64,000 nt of DNA, from NCBI RefSeq assembly GCF_032191835.1, contig NC_083223.1, positions 151,962,001 through 152,026,000 on the forward strand, in the 5' to 3' direction. Source of the DNA: Heteronotia binoei (lineage: Eukaryota). Made by a program: the position numbers and the translations under genes. Of this stretch, positions 46,238 to 57,708 are shown piece by piece. Within the stretch, counting starts at the first letter, position 1; each line of letters begins with the position of its first letter. The notes below the pieces were generated by a model. The model saw only the letters and a list, made by a program, of their open reading frames with translations, was not told where the DNA came from and did not search any database.

Positions 46238-49010
46238 ATTCTAAGATGGAAACTAAAATACTCTCTTTGAACGTCAATGGATTAAATGAATCCGGGAAGA
46301 GGAAGAGAACTTTTCTGCAATTGAAAAAATCTGGCGCCCACATTATCTGTCTACAAGAAACGCATATTAGGAAAGACAATGTGAAGTATTTGGAAAACAA
46401 GAAATTGGGTACTTTATATGCTTCATGTGATCCTTTTAAAAAGAAGAAAGGGGTAGCTATTTTTGTTCCTCATCACATTAAGTCGAGCTGCCTATTTTCG
46501 GATGAACAAGGAAGAATCATCATAGTCGAGTTGGAGTTAAATGGATTTAAAACAATCCTTGGGAACATTTATGCCCCTAACGAAAATCAAGAAAAATTTT
46601 ATCAAGTATTGTGCACGAAACTTAGGGAATTCAATTCAGATAGGTACTGCATAGTTGGCGATTACAATGCGATATTTGATATCAAAATGGATAAAAAATA
46701 TGACGACCCTCAAAAAAAGAAGAAGAATCGGAATTTACTACCTAATTCTTTTTTGAAGCTGGCTGAAGAATTAAACTTAGTAGATGCCTGGAGAACAAAG
46801 AACCCGAACACGACAAATTTTACTTTTTAATCACATTCACATAAATCTTGGTCCAGAATAGATATGACCTGGGTATCCTTGAGTATGATTTTGTCAGTTA
46901 ACCAAGTTGATATCCTCCCTCAGTCATATGCTGATCACAACCCAATTTTGTTATCTCTATAGGAGCAATCAAGAAATCCTCGATGGTCTCTCAATTTGCA
47001 AATTTTAAAAGAAACTCAATTTCTGGAAGTAGCTAAAAAAGAGATTCAGGAATTTTTTAAACTCAACTTGGAGAAAGACACGAAGATCCCAGTTATTTGG
47101 GACGCATTCAAGGCCTTCTTTAGAGGAGTCGCCATCCGTTACTCAAAGAGGAGGAAGAGAGAACAAAGAAAATCTTACAATGAACTTGTAACAAAATTGA
47201 AATACTATGAGAAACAACAGAAAACTGGGAATCCAAGAGAGGTGAAGGCCAGAATTACTTTTATCCAACATCAGATAAATATTCTTTTAGCAGAAGAAAT
47301 GGAGAAAAAACTAAAATGGACAAGACAAAACTATTTTGAAAATGCTAACAAAGTGAGTAGATGGTTGGCTTACAAATTAAGGAAGGAAAAGGAGAAGAAG
47401 ATCATAAAAATGTTGAAAAATGATGCCAAGGAGGAGGTGTTTCAAAATTTTCAAATGAAAGACATTATTCAAAACTTTTATAGGAATCTGTACAAAAAGC
47501 AAGAGATTGAACAATTCAAGCAAGAAAATTATATTAAAGGAGTCGAAATGAAACAATTAACAAGGGAACAGCAAGCAAGTTTGGAGAGCCCAATCTCAAT
47601 GCAGGAATTGGTTGAGGTAATTAAAACCCAAAAAAGTAACAAGACCCCAGGTCCAGATGGACTTCCGATTGAGTTTTTTAGAGCCTTTGAAGATTTGTTA
47701 TTGCTGCCCTTTAAGAAGGTAATTGAGAATGTCTATCATTCAGGCGAGACTCCAGATTCTTGGAAAGAAGCGCTTATTACTCTCATTCACAAAGAAGGCA
47801 CCGACCCATCAGAAATTAAAAATTATAGACCAATTTCACTTTTAAATAGTGATTATAAGATTTTTGCAACAATTTTAGTGAATAGATTGAAGAAGGTGAT
47901 TACCGACTTAATTCATGAGGATCAAACAGGTTTCGTCCCAGGACGACTAATGAATCAGAATGTGAGGCTACTTTTAAATGTGATTGAATATTACAGAGAT
48001 CACCCGGACAAAGAATTTGCTGCTATTTTTGTGGATGCAGAAAAGGCTTTTGATAATGTTAATTGGAATTTCACCAAAGTGACATTGGATGCGATTGGTT
48101 GTGGTGATAGGTACCGCAGAATGGTCGAAGCGATTTACTCAAAGCAGAATGCGAGAGTGAGTTTTAATGGAGTGATGGGACGGTGGCTCAGTGGTAGATC
48201 ATCTGCTTGGGAAGCGGAAGGTCCCAAGTTCAATCCCTGGCATCTCCAAAAAAGGGTCCAGGCAAATTGGTGTGGAAAACCTCAGCTTGAGACCCTGGAG
48301 AGCCGCTGCCAGTCTGAGAAGACAATACTGACTTTGATGGACCAAGGGTCTGATTCAGTATAAGGCAGCTTCATATGTTCATATGATGTCTGATTTAGTA
48401 GAAATACAACAAGGCACTAGACAGGGATGCCCGTTATCCCCATTGCTTTTTATCTTGACGTTAGAACCTTTAATAAAGAAGATTAGAGAAGACAACAAAA
48501 TTCAAGGAACCAGAATTAATAACGTGGAATTTAAGTCTTTGGCGTTTGCGGACGATTTAGTATTTATCTTGGAACAACCCATCTCTTCGATAGTCCCTCT
48601 GAAGCAAAGACTACGAGAATTTGGAGAAGTATCTGGTTTCAAACTGAATGTGTCTAAGACAAAAATTTTAATGAAAAATATGGAGAAAATTCAAGTTGAA
48701 TCTTTAGAACAGCTTTCAGGATTTAAGCAAGAAAAAAAGATAAAATACCTTGGAATTTATTTGACGAATGATTTAAAGACTTTGTACAGAGACAATTATG
48801 AAAAAATATTGAAAGAAATACGGGATGATCTAACTAACTGGAAAGAGCTCCATATTTCGCTCTTAGGTAGAGTCGCTACAATAAAGATGAACATTCTTTC
48901 AAGGATCTTATTTCTCTTCCAAACAATCCCAATCACCTTACCCAAACTATTTTTCCAGAAACTTAACTCTATGATCAAGTTGTTTATCTGGCAAGGGGAA
49001 AAGGCCAGAA
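46234..49010 (+). pseudogene. L1-B ORF2 (EN-RT), with stops and a SINE insertion
   Basis: SLNVNGLN, CLQETH, VGDYN, DHNP, QGCPLSP and FADD. Stops at 46828-46830 and near 46960. Confidence 0.92.
48178..48383 (+). mobile_element. Young tRNA-derived SINE inserted in L1-B ORF2
   Basis: A box TGGCTCAGTGG, B box GTTCAATCC and a TTCATATG tail. TSD TGATG (48173-48177 and 48384-48388); removal restores FNGVMSDLVE. Confidence 0.9.
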
Positions 49011-49490
49011 AAAAAGGCTTCTTTTCTTATGTTCAGAGTAAGAAAAAGTGAAAGGACATGGTAAGCCTGTTGCGAGGGCAGGAAAGTGAAATTGTAACAG
49101 GTAATGAAGAGAGGGCGGAACAGCTCAATTCCTACTTTTCCTCAGTCTTCTCTTCTGAGGGAAATGGTGCTCAACATGGCAAAAACAGAACATATAAGAA
49201 GGGTATGAAGTTCCAACCTAGGATCAGCGTAGGGGTAGTACATAAACACCTAGTTTCTATAAATGAAACCAAGTCCTCAGGGCCAGATAAACTGCATCCA
49301 AGGGTTCTGAAAGAGCTTGCAGATGTAATTTCTGAGCCTCTGGCCATTATTTTTGAGAATTCTTGGAGAACAGGAGAGGTGCTGGAAGATTGGAGGCGGG
49401 TGAATGTTGTCCCCATCTTCAAGAAGGGAAAAAAAGATGATCTGGGTAACTACCGACCTGTCAGCTTGATGTCTATCCCTAGAAATGCTT
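49011..49490 (+). pseudogene. CR1 (element Z) ORF2 tether / RT start
   Basis: KKGFFSYVQSK, AEQLNSYFSSVF, SSGPDKLHPRVLKEL and NYRPVSLMSIP. Confidence 0.9.
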
Positions 49491-49494
49491 TAAC

Positions 49495-50218
49495 ATCCTG
49501 AGGGAGTTTCTGCTCCAACAGGACGTGGACCTGGCTTGCGTGACCGAGACCTGGGTGAGGGAAGGGGAGACAGTGGCTCTCTCCCAAATGGCCCCCCCGG
49601 GATACTCGGTCTTTCACCAATCGCGGACCAGCGGGCGGGGGGGAGGAGTGGCGTTACTCATACGGGAGGATTACTCCTTTCGGGCCCTCCCGGACCCAAG
49701 GATCGATGGTATTGAATGTGCCGGTTTGGCGTGGGATGCCGGAGAGGGGTTGGCAGTCTGGTTGGTGTACCGTCCGCCTAACGCACCAACCGGCGCCTTA
49801 CCATCACTATTGGAGGCAGTGGCGGGCTGGGCGTTGAGGTTCCCGAGGCTTATGGTCTTGGGTGACTTCAACGTCCATGCCGACGACACGGCCTCCACTC
49901 AGGCGATGGACCTAGTGTCTTCCATGGCGACACTGGGGCTCTCTCAATTTGTTACGACTCCCACGCACCAAGCCGGACACACACTAGACCTGATCTTTGC
50001 GTCCGGGATTTCGGTGAGCGATATCGCGCTGGAAGCGGTACCATGGTCGGATCACCTAGCCCTTAAGGCTCGTGTGGGGACGCCACCCCAACCCTGTATG
50101 GGCGGAGAGCCTATTTTGGCTCACCCTCGGAGCCTGATGGACCCGGAACGGTTCCAAACGGCCCTGAGGGAACCCTGGCCCACTAGCAATTCCCTCGATG
50201 GCCTTGTGGAAACCTGGC

Positions 50219-50249
<31 letters not shown>

Positions 50250-52623
50250 TTTTATTTTTATATCCCGCCCTCCCCGCCAGGCGGGCTCAGGGCGGCTAAC
50301 AGACATGACCGTTGGCAAGACCGACTAACCAGGGCCATTGACGAAATAGCACCCCGGCGCCCTCTGCGCCCTCGTAGGAGGTTGGCCCCATGGTACACCT
50401 TGGAATTGCGCCAACTCAAACAAGGGCTCAGACGACTAGAGAGGCAGTGGAGACATACTCGGGACGAAGCAATGAGAACATCCTACAGAACGCTTATGAA
50501 GTCGTATGAGATGGCAGTCAAGGCCGCAAAGAAAAATTACTTTGCAGCCAAGATTGCATCCGCAGATTCGCGCCCAGCACAACTGTTTAGAATAATTGGG
50601 GACCTTATAACTTTGCCACAAGGCAAACCAAACATTAGAGAATTGGAGATTGGCTGTGAGGCATTTGCGAAATATTTTGCGGATAAAATCTCATTGCTCC
50701 GCCAAGACCTGCCTACCACCTTGGAAACAGTGAGTGAAATTGAGGCTCCGTGCCTGTTTTCGGGGTTGGTCCTGGATCGCTTCGACCCGCTCGACCTGGA
50801 GGAAGTCGATGGGATCCTCTCCGCTGCTCGCCCAACAACATGTGATTTGGATCCTTGCCCCTCTTGGCTGATTAAATCTTGCCAGAGGGAGCTCAGAAGT
50901 CCTCTACGGGACTTCATAAATAGATCCCTCGTAGAGGGGCACTTCCCAACACCTCTGAAAGAGGCGTTGGTTCGCCCTCTCTTAAAAAAATGTACAGCAG
51001 ACCCGGCCGAATTGGCGAATTACCGTCCGGTGTCTAATCTACCATTCCTAGGCAAAATTATTGAGAGGGCAGTGGCGTTGCAGCTACAGAGGTTCCTAGA
51101 TGACGCTTCCGTCCTTGACCCGTGCCAGTCTGGGTTCCGACCGGGCCACGGGACGGAGACAGTGCTGGTCGCCTTGGTGGATGACCTCCAGCGGCATCTG
51201 GATCGGGGCGGCTCTGCGGTACTGATGTTATTAGACCTGTCGGCGGCATTTGATACAGTCGACCATCAGTTACTAAAGCGCCGCCTTGCCGACATAGGGG
51301 TTAGGGGGCTGGCCTTACAGTGGCTTTCCTCCTTCCTCTCTGATCGGGGACAAAGGGTGGCCATTGGCGATCCCAGAGGCACACACTTGATTGTGGGGTG
51401 CCTCAGGGAGCAGTTCTCTCCCCAATGCTGTTTAACATTTATATGCGCCCCCTTGCCCAGATTGTCCGGAGGTTTGGGCTGGGTTGCCATCAATATGCAG
51501 ATGACACCCAGCTCTATCTACTAATGGACGGCTGGCCTGGCTCCGCCCCAGGGAACCTGGATCGGGCCTTGCAGGCTGTAGCGGCGTGGCTTAGATTGAG
51601 TGGGTTGAAGTTGAACCCAGCGAAGACAGAGGTCCTTTGCGTGGGTCGCGGCGCCCAGGGAGGGGAAATAGCTCTCCCAACCTTCGACGGCGCACCATTG
51701 GAACCAGTGCGCCAGGTAAAGAGTTTGGGTGTTTTACTGGAGCCTTCATTATCAATGGAGGCCCAGATAGCAGCCACTGCCAAGTCAGCATTCTTTCATC
51801 TGAAGCGGGCAAGGCAGTTGGCCCCCTTCCTGGAACGCCGCGACCTCGCAACAGTGATCCATGCAATGGTCACCTCAAGATTGGACTACTGTAATGCCCT
51901 CTACTTGGGGCTACCTCTGTGCCGGACTCGGAAGCTGCAGCTAGTGCAGAATGCGGCGGCCAGGCTGTTACTGGGGCTCCCGAAATGGGAGCACATACAG
52001 CCGGGGCTGCGCGGACTGCACTGGCTGCCAGTTATCTACCGAGTCCAGTACAAAGTGTTGGTTATTACCTTTAAAGCCCTATATGGCCGAGGACCTGCCT
52101 ACCTAAGGGACCGTCTCTCCCCGTATGAACCCCAGAGGGCACTGAGGTCAGCAAGTAAAAACAAAATGACCATCCCTGGGCCGAGAGAGGCCAAACTCCA
52201 AAACACCAGAGTACGAGCCTTTTCAGTTGCGGCACCTGCACTGTGGAACCAGCTCCCGGAGGAGGTGCGGGCCCTGCGGAACCTCGACCAGTTCCGCAGG
52301 GCCTGCAAGACTGCCCTTTTTAGACACGCCTATAATGATACGGACTGCTGAGTTGCAATGAACGAAGAACCGCCATCTCTAACATCATTTAAACTGGCAG
52401 ATTCAGCGCCAGAACAGCTATTACTGCCAGATATATATATAATGTAATGTAAAATTAAGTATTTTAACTGAATTAACGGGTTTTTATATGTGTAATTTTA
52501 ATTGCTAATCTAATGTTTTATTATTTATGTTAATATATTACTTACTGTTAGCCGCCCTGAGCCGCTTTGCGGGGAGGGCGGGGTAGAAATAAAATTTATT
52601 ATTATTATTATTATTATTATTAT
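49495..52623 (+). mobile_element. L2 LINE, nearly complete ORF2 plus 3'UTR and (ATT)n tail
   Basis: VTETW, GGGVALL, LGDFNVH, SDH, YRPVSNLPF, LDLSAAFDTVDH, PQGAVLSP and YADD. CpG-rich with few lesions. Tail GCCGCCCTGAG..GGGCGGG. No TSD. Confidence 0.92.
50221..50312 (-). mobile_element. 92-bp antisense L2-family tail inserted in the L2
   Basis: (TAA)n plus TATCCCGCCCTCCCC..GCTCAGGGCGGCTAACA. TSD TGGCAA (50215-50220 and 50313-50318); removal restores ETWQDRL. Confidence 0.88.
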
Positions 52624-52889
52624 AACATCGAGCAGTTCTGTTACCGGTAGCTACAGCTGGTGCCACAAAATGGCAATTGCAACGGTGAGGCTTCAGGATA
52701 AACAAGGAGTCCCAGCTTCCACTGAAAGTCCTGGGTTTTGTCACATCCCATGCTTAGAAACTCCTCTTCTGGAGTCCCTTCGGGTATCCGGGTGTCCGGA
52801 CCCCCTCAACCCATGCAATTAAAGGGGGATCGCAAGCGCTGTGATTCCCCCTTGACGTCACTGTGCTGAAGCCGGAACAGGAAGCCGCA
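52624..52889 (-). mobile_element. Probable 5' end of L1-C
   Basis: Follows the second TSD copy (52902-52890) on the minus strand. CpG-rich start TGCGGCTTCCTGTTCCGG. L1 identity is inferred from the TSD pairing only. Confidence 0.55.
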
Positions 52890-53384
52890 CCTTCCTCTTC
52901 CTATATTGGGGAGCAGAAGCTCCAGGCTTCTTATCCACAGGATCTTGAGAAACTTTCTTCAAGCTTCGCGGAGGCTGGGGAAGTAGCCTTTGTTCCAATA
53001 GTTCAGGATCAGTTACTGTGGGGAGATCCTGAAACCTATTGCTGATCAGCAGACGCTCAGAACATCTCCTGATTTTCTTTCTCCTTCGGGTTACATTTTT
53101 CCAGGAAGCCTCTTCCTGTGTTGGGTTCTCTTCTAATTACTGAGATACCACTTCCTCTCCCTCTTCTTGTCCTTTCAAGAGCACGTCATGCGTTCTGTAA
53201 GAAAATCCTCACCTTCCATTATACACTGCAGTGTGGACAATCATGCCTCCAGTCCCCGTATCTTCTCCTCCAGCAGGGCCACTAACTTACACTTGCTGCA
53301 AGTGTGATTGCTGCTACTCTCAGGTAGAAATACAAACATCCCACAGTCTTTACACGTCATTGCCTCTGTTCCCTCACCAGCCAT
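52890..53384 (-). pseudogene. CR1 (element Z) ORF1 N-half (zinc finger / leucine zipper)
   Basis: MAGEGTEAMTCKDCGMFVFLPESSSNHTCSKCKLVALLEEKIRGLEA, ending ..SAPQYRKRK, which joins in frame to 37921. Confidence 0.88.
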
Positions 53385-53790
53385 GCTGGTGCAATCCATT
53401 TCAAATTTTTCTTTATCTTGACCTCTCTTTAAATTCCACTACCAACTGCCACTTGAAACTACTTATGAGTAACTACCCCCTTCCTACAGAACCCCCAGGC
53501 CAAGAACCCTTCCGCTCACGCCTGTGGCAAGATGAGCCTTGCAAATTAAAGGCTCAAGCCCCCACCCACCTCTGACTCAACAGCCAGAGCAACAGCAGAG
53601 GATGGGGCCAGCAATTACCCCCAGGCAAACAAGCTCTCCTAACCCAGCAACAGCTACACAAAAGACACACAAAAGCAATCAGAAACCCCTCTCCAGCAGG
53701 CACCAAGCACTCATACAGTTCCCTTCCACAGCAACCCTAGGTAATGCTCCCCAGCAGTTTTAGAAAAGCAATTCAACTCTCAGCTTACCA
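53385..53790 (-). mobile_element. Probable CR1 5'UTR
   Basis: Contiguous upstream of the ORF1 ATG; the outer boundary is uncertain. Confidence 0.45.
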
Positions 53791-54222
53791 GCAGCTCTGT
53801 TCTAGCTGTAGAAAGCACCTTCTACTGCAGCTGAGATCTCTTCCAACCCTATGATTCTGTTTGTGAGTGGGTGTGAGCATACACACAAGTACACATGTAT
53901 AATTTTTTTTCTTCTGAACCATCTACCAATCATGACTGCCATGAATTACCAATATGTTTCATTTCCCTACTGGAAATCTTCTGGTTTTTATCTCCTCAAG
54001 AATGGATAAATAAAAGAACACCCTTTAAATATTTAGAACTCTAAAATAAGGATTCTGCTGTAGAAATTATTCTAACCAAGGACCATAGAAAATGAGGTTG
54101 TCTGGTTAGCAGTTGTCTGCTTGTGCCATTCCAGTCCAGGCTTTGTAATTATCTCACTGCTAATTCTCATAATGCTTAATTCTCACAAGGCTTGACTAGG
54201 AAAACAGCAGACCACTCATGGC

Positions 54223-54443
54223 TAGGGTTGCCAGTTCTGGCTTGAGAGTTTTCTGGAGATTTGGGGGCTTAGCTTGGGGAAGGCAGAATTTCAGAGTAGG
54301 AGGGAACTCCTTGGGGTATGATTCCATACATTCCTGCATCCAAAGCTGATGTTTACTTGCAGGAGACTGGGAAACTGATCTCTGTTGAATGGAGATGTAA
54401 TTCCGGGAGATCTCCAGCTGCCACTTGGAAGTTAGCAGCCCTA
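54223..54443. mobile_element. hAT-type MITE (older copy)
   Basis: TAGGGTTGCCA ... TAGCAGCCCTA; TSD not recognisable. Confidence 0.7.
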
Positions 54444-55142
54444 CTCCATATTTTCTCCAAGACAGGACCTCCCAAAGCTGAAATTCATCAATAATATTAA
54501 AAATATTCATAACAAGCCATTCATGATATTAGAACTTACGATACTCACAATATCGTGTATTGTATGTCATGTATGTAGCTAATGTATGTCAATTTCAATC
54601 TGCACATTACGGTGTCTATAAAGAGTTAATTAATCACAGCTGTTAAAGGGACAAGTAACCAAAAATCTCACAGTTTGTCCAACACCCTACAGAAATATAA
54701 AAAATTTGCAAAATCCAAAGGAAACAGGTAAAGTCTAGCACCAAGTTAAGATCATAAAGTATGATCATGTTGAGCTTGTATATCCAAGTTATCTTTTGTC
54801 TGAATAAAAGTTTCTAAATATTGTCACAAGATCCTTTGGCTCTGTATTTATATAAGACAAAAAAACTTGAAACTGTCATGTTTATGTTGTTTTTCAATAA
54901 AGTGGCTGATAAAGGGGTGTCTGAATACATAACGCCCTGATAAAGGGCGTTATGAATACAGTGCTCTAGAATACTAGATCTGACAGGACATGTGGTATTT
55001 GCAATGTACAGGAGACCAAAATCACTTAAAATTATATACAGAAGAATCCTTTTAAGGATTAAAAAAACTGGCAGATCTGTCTTTATTACTTCTTCCAGAA
55101 TACCACCATGAGGATCGATTTGCCTAGCATTTTAACATAGCT

Positions 55143-55942
55143 ACCAGACAGAACGGAGCCTCCGGCAGCCCGCCGCATCGCGGCGTGGCTGTCGGGGAGA
55201 TTTTGCCCCCCCCAGGAGGGAGAGCGGTTTTTTCAGCACGCTTTCAGTGCGTCTGGGAGGGGCGGGGCTTCCGCGCCTGCTCGGAAGCCTCCGCTCCTGA
55301 CTTGACAGTCCTCTTCGGGTGCTTGGCCCTCCCGCCCGCCTTGTTTGTTATGTAGGCATTTGCTGGTCGCCTCTTTTATGAGGGGCCGGGTAGGAATTTT
55401 TTACTCCCCGGCTATTTGGCTGGTGACTGGGGTGTGTTTTTTGCCTACCCTGCATAGCATAACAGTGGATTGAGGTATTGGCCTCGGGTTGGTGCCTTGT
55501 ATAGATTGGTCACTTTTCAGGCAGGTTTTACGGGGTTTATGGCACCATGCGGCCTGGGGAGGACCGGTTAGCCTCCCCCTTTTGGGGAGTTAGGGGTCTG
55601 GCAGGATCAACCTTTGGGTGTGGCTCGAGGTGTGTGAATGCAGACTGTCCTGGAGACTCGATTGGATGGGTGCCTTTCGCTGAGACTCGCGTCTGGTGTC
55701 TGGGCCCTCCAGTGCGAGCCTCCCTGCTGGGCCTGCCTGACGGGAGCTGTGACACACAGCTCTAGCCGGGGGGCTGGGTCTCTTGCCCACTGAAAAAGGC
55801 AGGGGAGCGGTCTGAGGAGACCCCTGGCCCTGACCTGGCCACAGTTCGGTTGCCCTTGCCATTGCAGTGTTATTCAATAAAGTGGCCCATAGTTTCACCA
55901 ATGTAATTGTGTCCGCCTCTTTATTCTGACTTGGGGGGGCAA
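55143..55942 (+). mobile_element. Terminal relic (A-like, spacer, B) of another Ngaro family
   Basis: GGTAGGAATTTTT and GGGGTGTGTTTTTTGCCTACC match the spacer. AATAAAGTGGCCC and TTATTCTGACTTGGGGGGGCAA match the B end of the 513-6883 element. Confidence 0.78.
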
Positions 55943-56513
55943 CACCCAGTGCTGGGGATGAGGGGGTGGGGAGAGAGCGAGAGAGCTGCATTGTGAAAGA
56001 GTGTTGCCCTTAAAATGGCTGTTGTCATCCTGCATCTCTTTTTTGATTGGTTGCCCTTTGCTTGGGTATAATATGTAGCAATTTCCAGAAAAGCAACTGA
56101 GACAACCTCCAGAATGCTGCATTGTTATGAAATTGACAGTCCTCTGAAAAGGCTATCACAAATCCACCATTTTTCAAACATCAGGAGCTTCATCCTCGCT
56201 GTCACCTTTCTGATATATCCGTTCTGTCTGAGGAACTGTGTGTGCTCATGAAAGCTCATGCCTTGATTAAAACTTTATTGCTCTTAAAGGTGCCACTGGA
56301 ATCTAACTTTGTTCTATTGCTTTAGACCAACACAGCTGCCCATCTGGATTCATTCTGTCTGGTAGCTTTGTTCATGCATATGTGTTTGCAGCACATAAAC
56401 ACAGCATCTTTGCTGGGTTGCCTTTGACTAGGCAAGGAAAAGGCCCCCAACCATATGAGGGACAAACTCCAGAGAGGACAGAGGAAATATTACCGTCTAT
56501 AGAGACTGATCGG

Positions 56514-57708
56514 GATGTAGATTGGGAACTACCAGAAGTTCAAGATGGGTTTTGGAGAGGTAGAGGAACTAGAGATCAAATTGCTGACATTCACTAGATT
56601 ATGGAGAAAGCACGGGAGTATCAGAAAAACGTCTATTTCTGCTTCATTGACTACACTAAAACCTTTGACTGTGTGGATCACAACAAACCATGGCAAGTCC
56701 TTAAAGAAATGGGAGTACCAGACCACTTCACATGTCTCCTGAGAAACCTGTATAAGGGTCAAGAAGCAACGGTCAGAATGGGATATGGAACAACTGATTG
56801 GTTTAGAATAGGAAAAGGAGTTTGACACCCTGCTTATTTAATTTATATGCAGAGTACATCATGCGGAATGCTGGCCTGAATGAAGCAGAAGCCGGAATTA
56901 AGTTTGCCGGGAAAAACATCAACAGCCTCAGATATGCAGATGATACCACTCTAATGGCAGAAAGTGAAGAGGACCTAAAGAACCTCTTGCAGAGGGTGAA
57001 AGAGGAGAGTGCAAAAGTAGGCTTGAAACTCAACATCAAAAAAACTAAGATCATGGCATCCGGCCCCATCACACCTTGGCAAATAGAAGGGGAAGACATG
57101 GAAATAGTGACAGACTTCACATTCCTGGGATCCAAGATCACTGCAGATGGTGACTGTAGCCATGAAATTAAAAGATGTTTGCTCCTTGGGAAGACAGCTA
57201 TGGAGAACCTGGGCAGTATAATAAAAAGTAGAGACATCACCCTGCCAACAAAAGTCCATATAGTCAAAGCGATGGTATTCCCAGTAGTATGTATGGCTGT
57301 GAGAGCTGGACCATAAGGAAGGCCGAGCGCAGAAGAATAGATGCTTTTGAGATGTGGTGCTGGAGAAGAATCTTGAGAGTCCCTTGGACTGCAAGAAGAT
57401 CAAATCAGTCAGTCCTAAGGGAAATCAACCCAGACTGTTCCCTGGAAGGTCAAATGCTGAAGCTGAAGCTCAAATATTTTGGCCACCAAATGAGAAGGGA
57501 GCACTCACTGGAGAAGATCCTGATGCTGGGAAAAACAGAAGGCAAAAGAAGAAGGGGACGGCAAAAGATGAGATGACAGCATTACTGATGTAACTAACAC
57601 ACATTTTAACAGACTTCGGAGGATGGTGGAAGACAGGAGGGCCTGGCGTGACTTTGTCCATGGGTTCGCAAAGTGTCTGACTGGACTGTGTGACTGAACA
57701 ACAAAAAC
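56514..57708 (+). mobile_element. RTE-BovB LINE, 5'-truncated
   Basis: ELPEVQ.GF..GRGTRDQI, CFIDYTKTFDCVDH, YADDTTLMAESEE, LPTKVHIVKAMVFPV and YFGH. (CAA)-type tail. Confidence 0.93.

Larger units (their letters stand above)
43493..49010 (+). mobile_element. L1-B 5' segment: 5'UTR, ORF1 and ORF2 up to IWQGEKAR
   Basis: Starts TTCCGGAAAGATGGCGG (ETS/YY1-like L1 5' end). CpG-rich UTR of about 1.75 kb, then ORF1 and ORF2. Confidence 0.93.

Noticed and set aside
48178-48250. tRNA gene
   Set aside because: Has A and B boxes but continues into a SINE body and tail with a TSD inside L1 ORF2; no proper acceptor stem.
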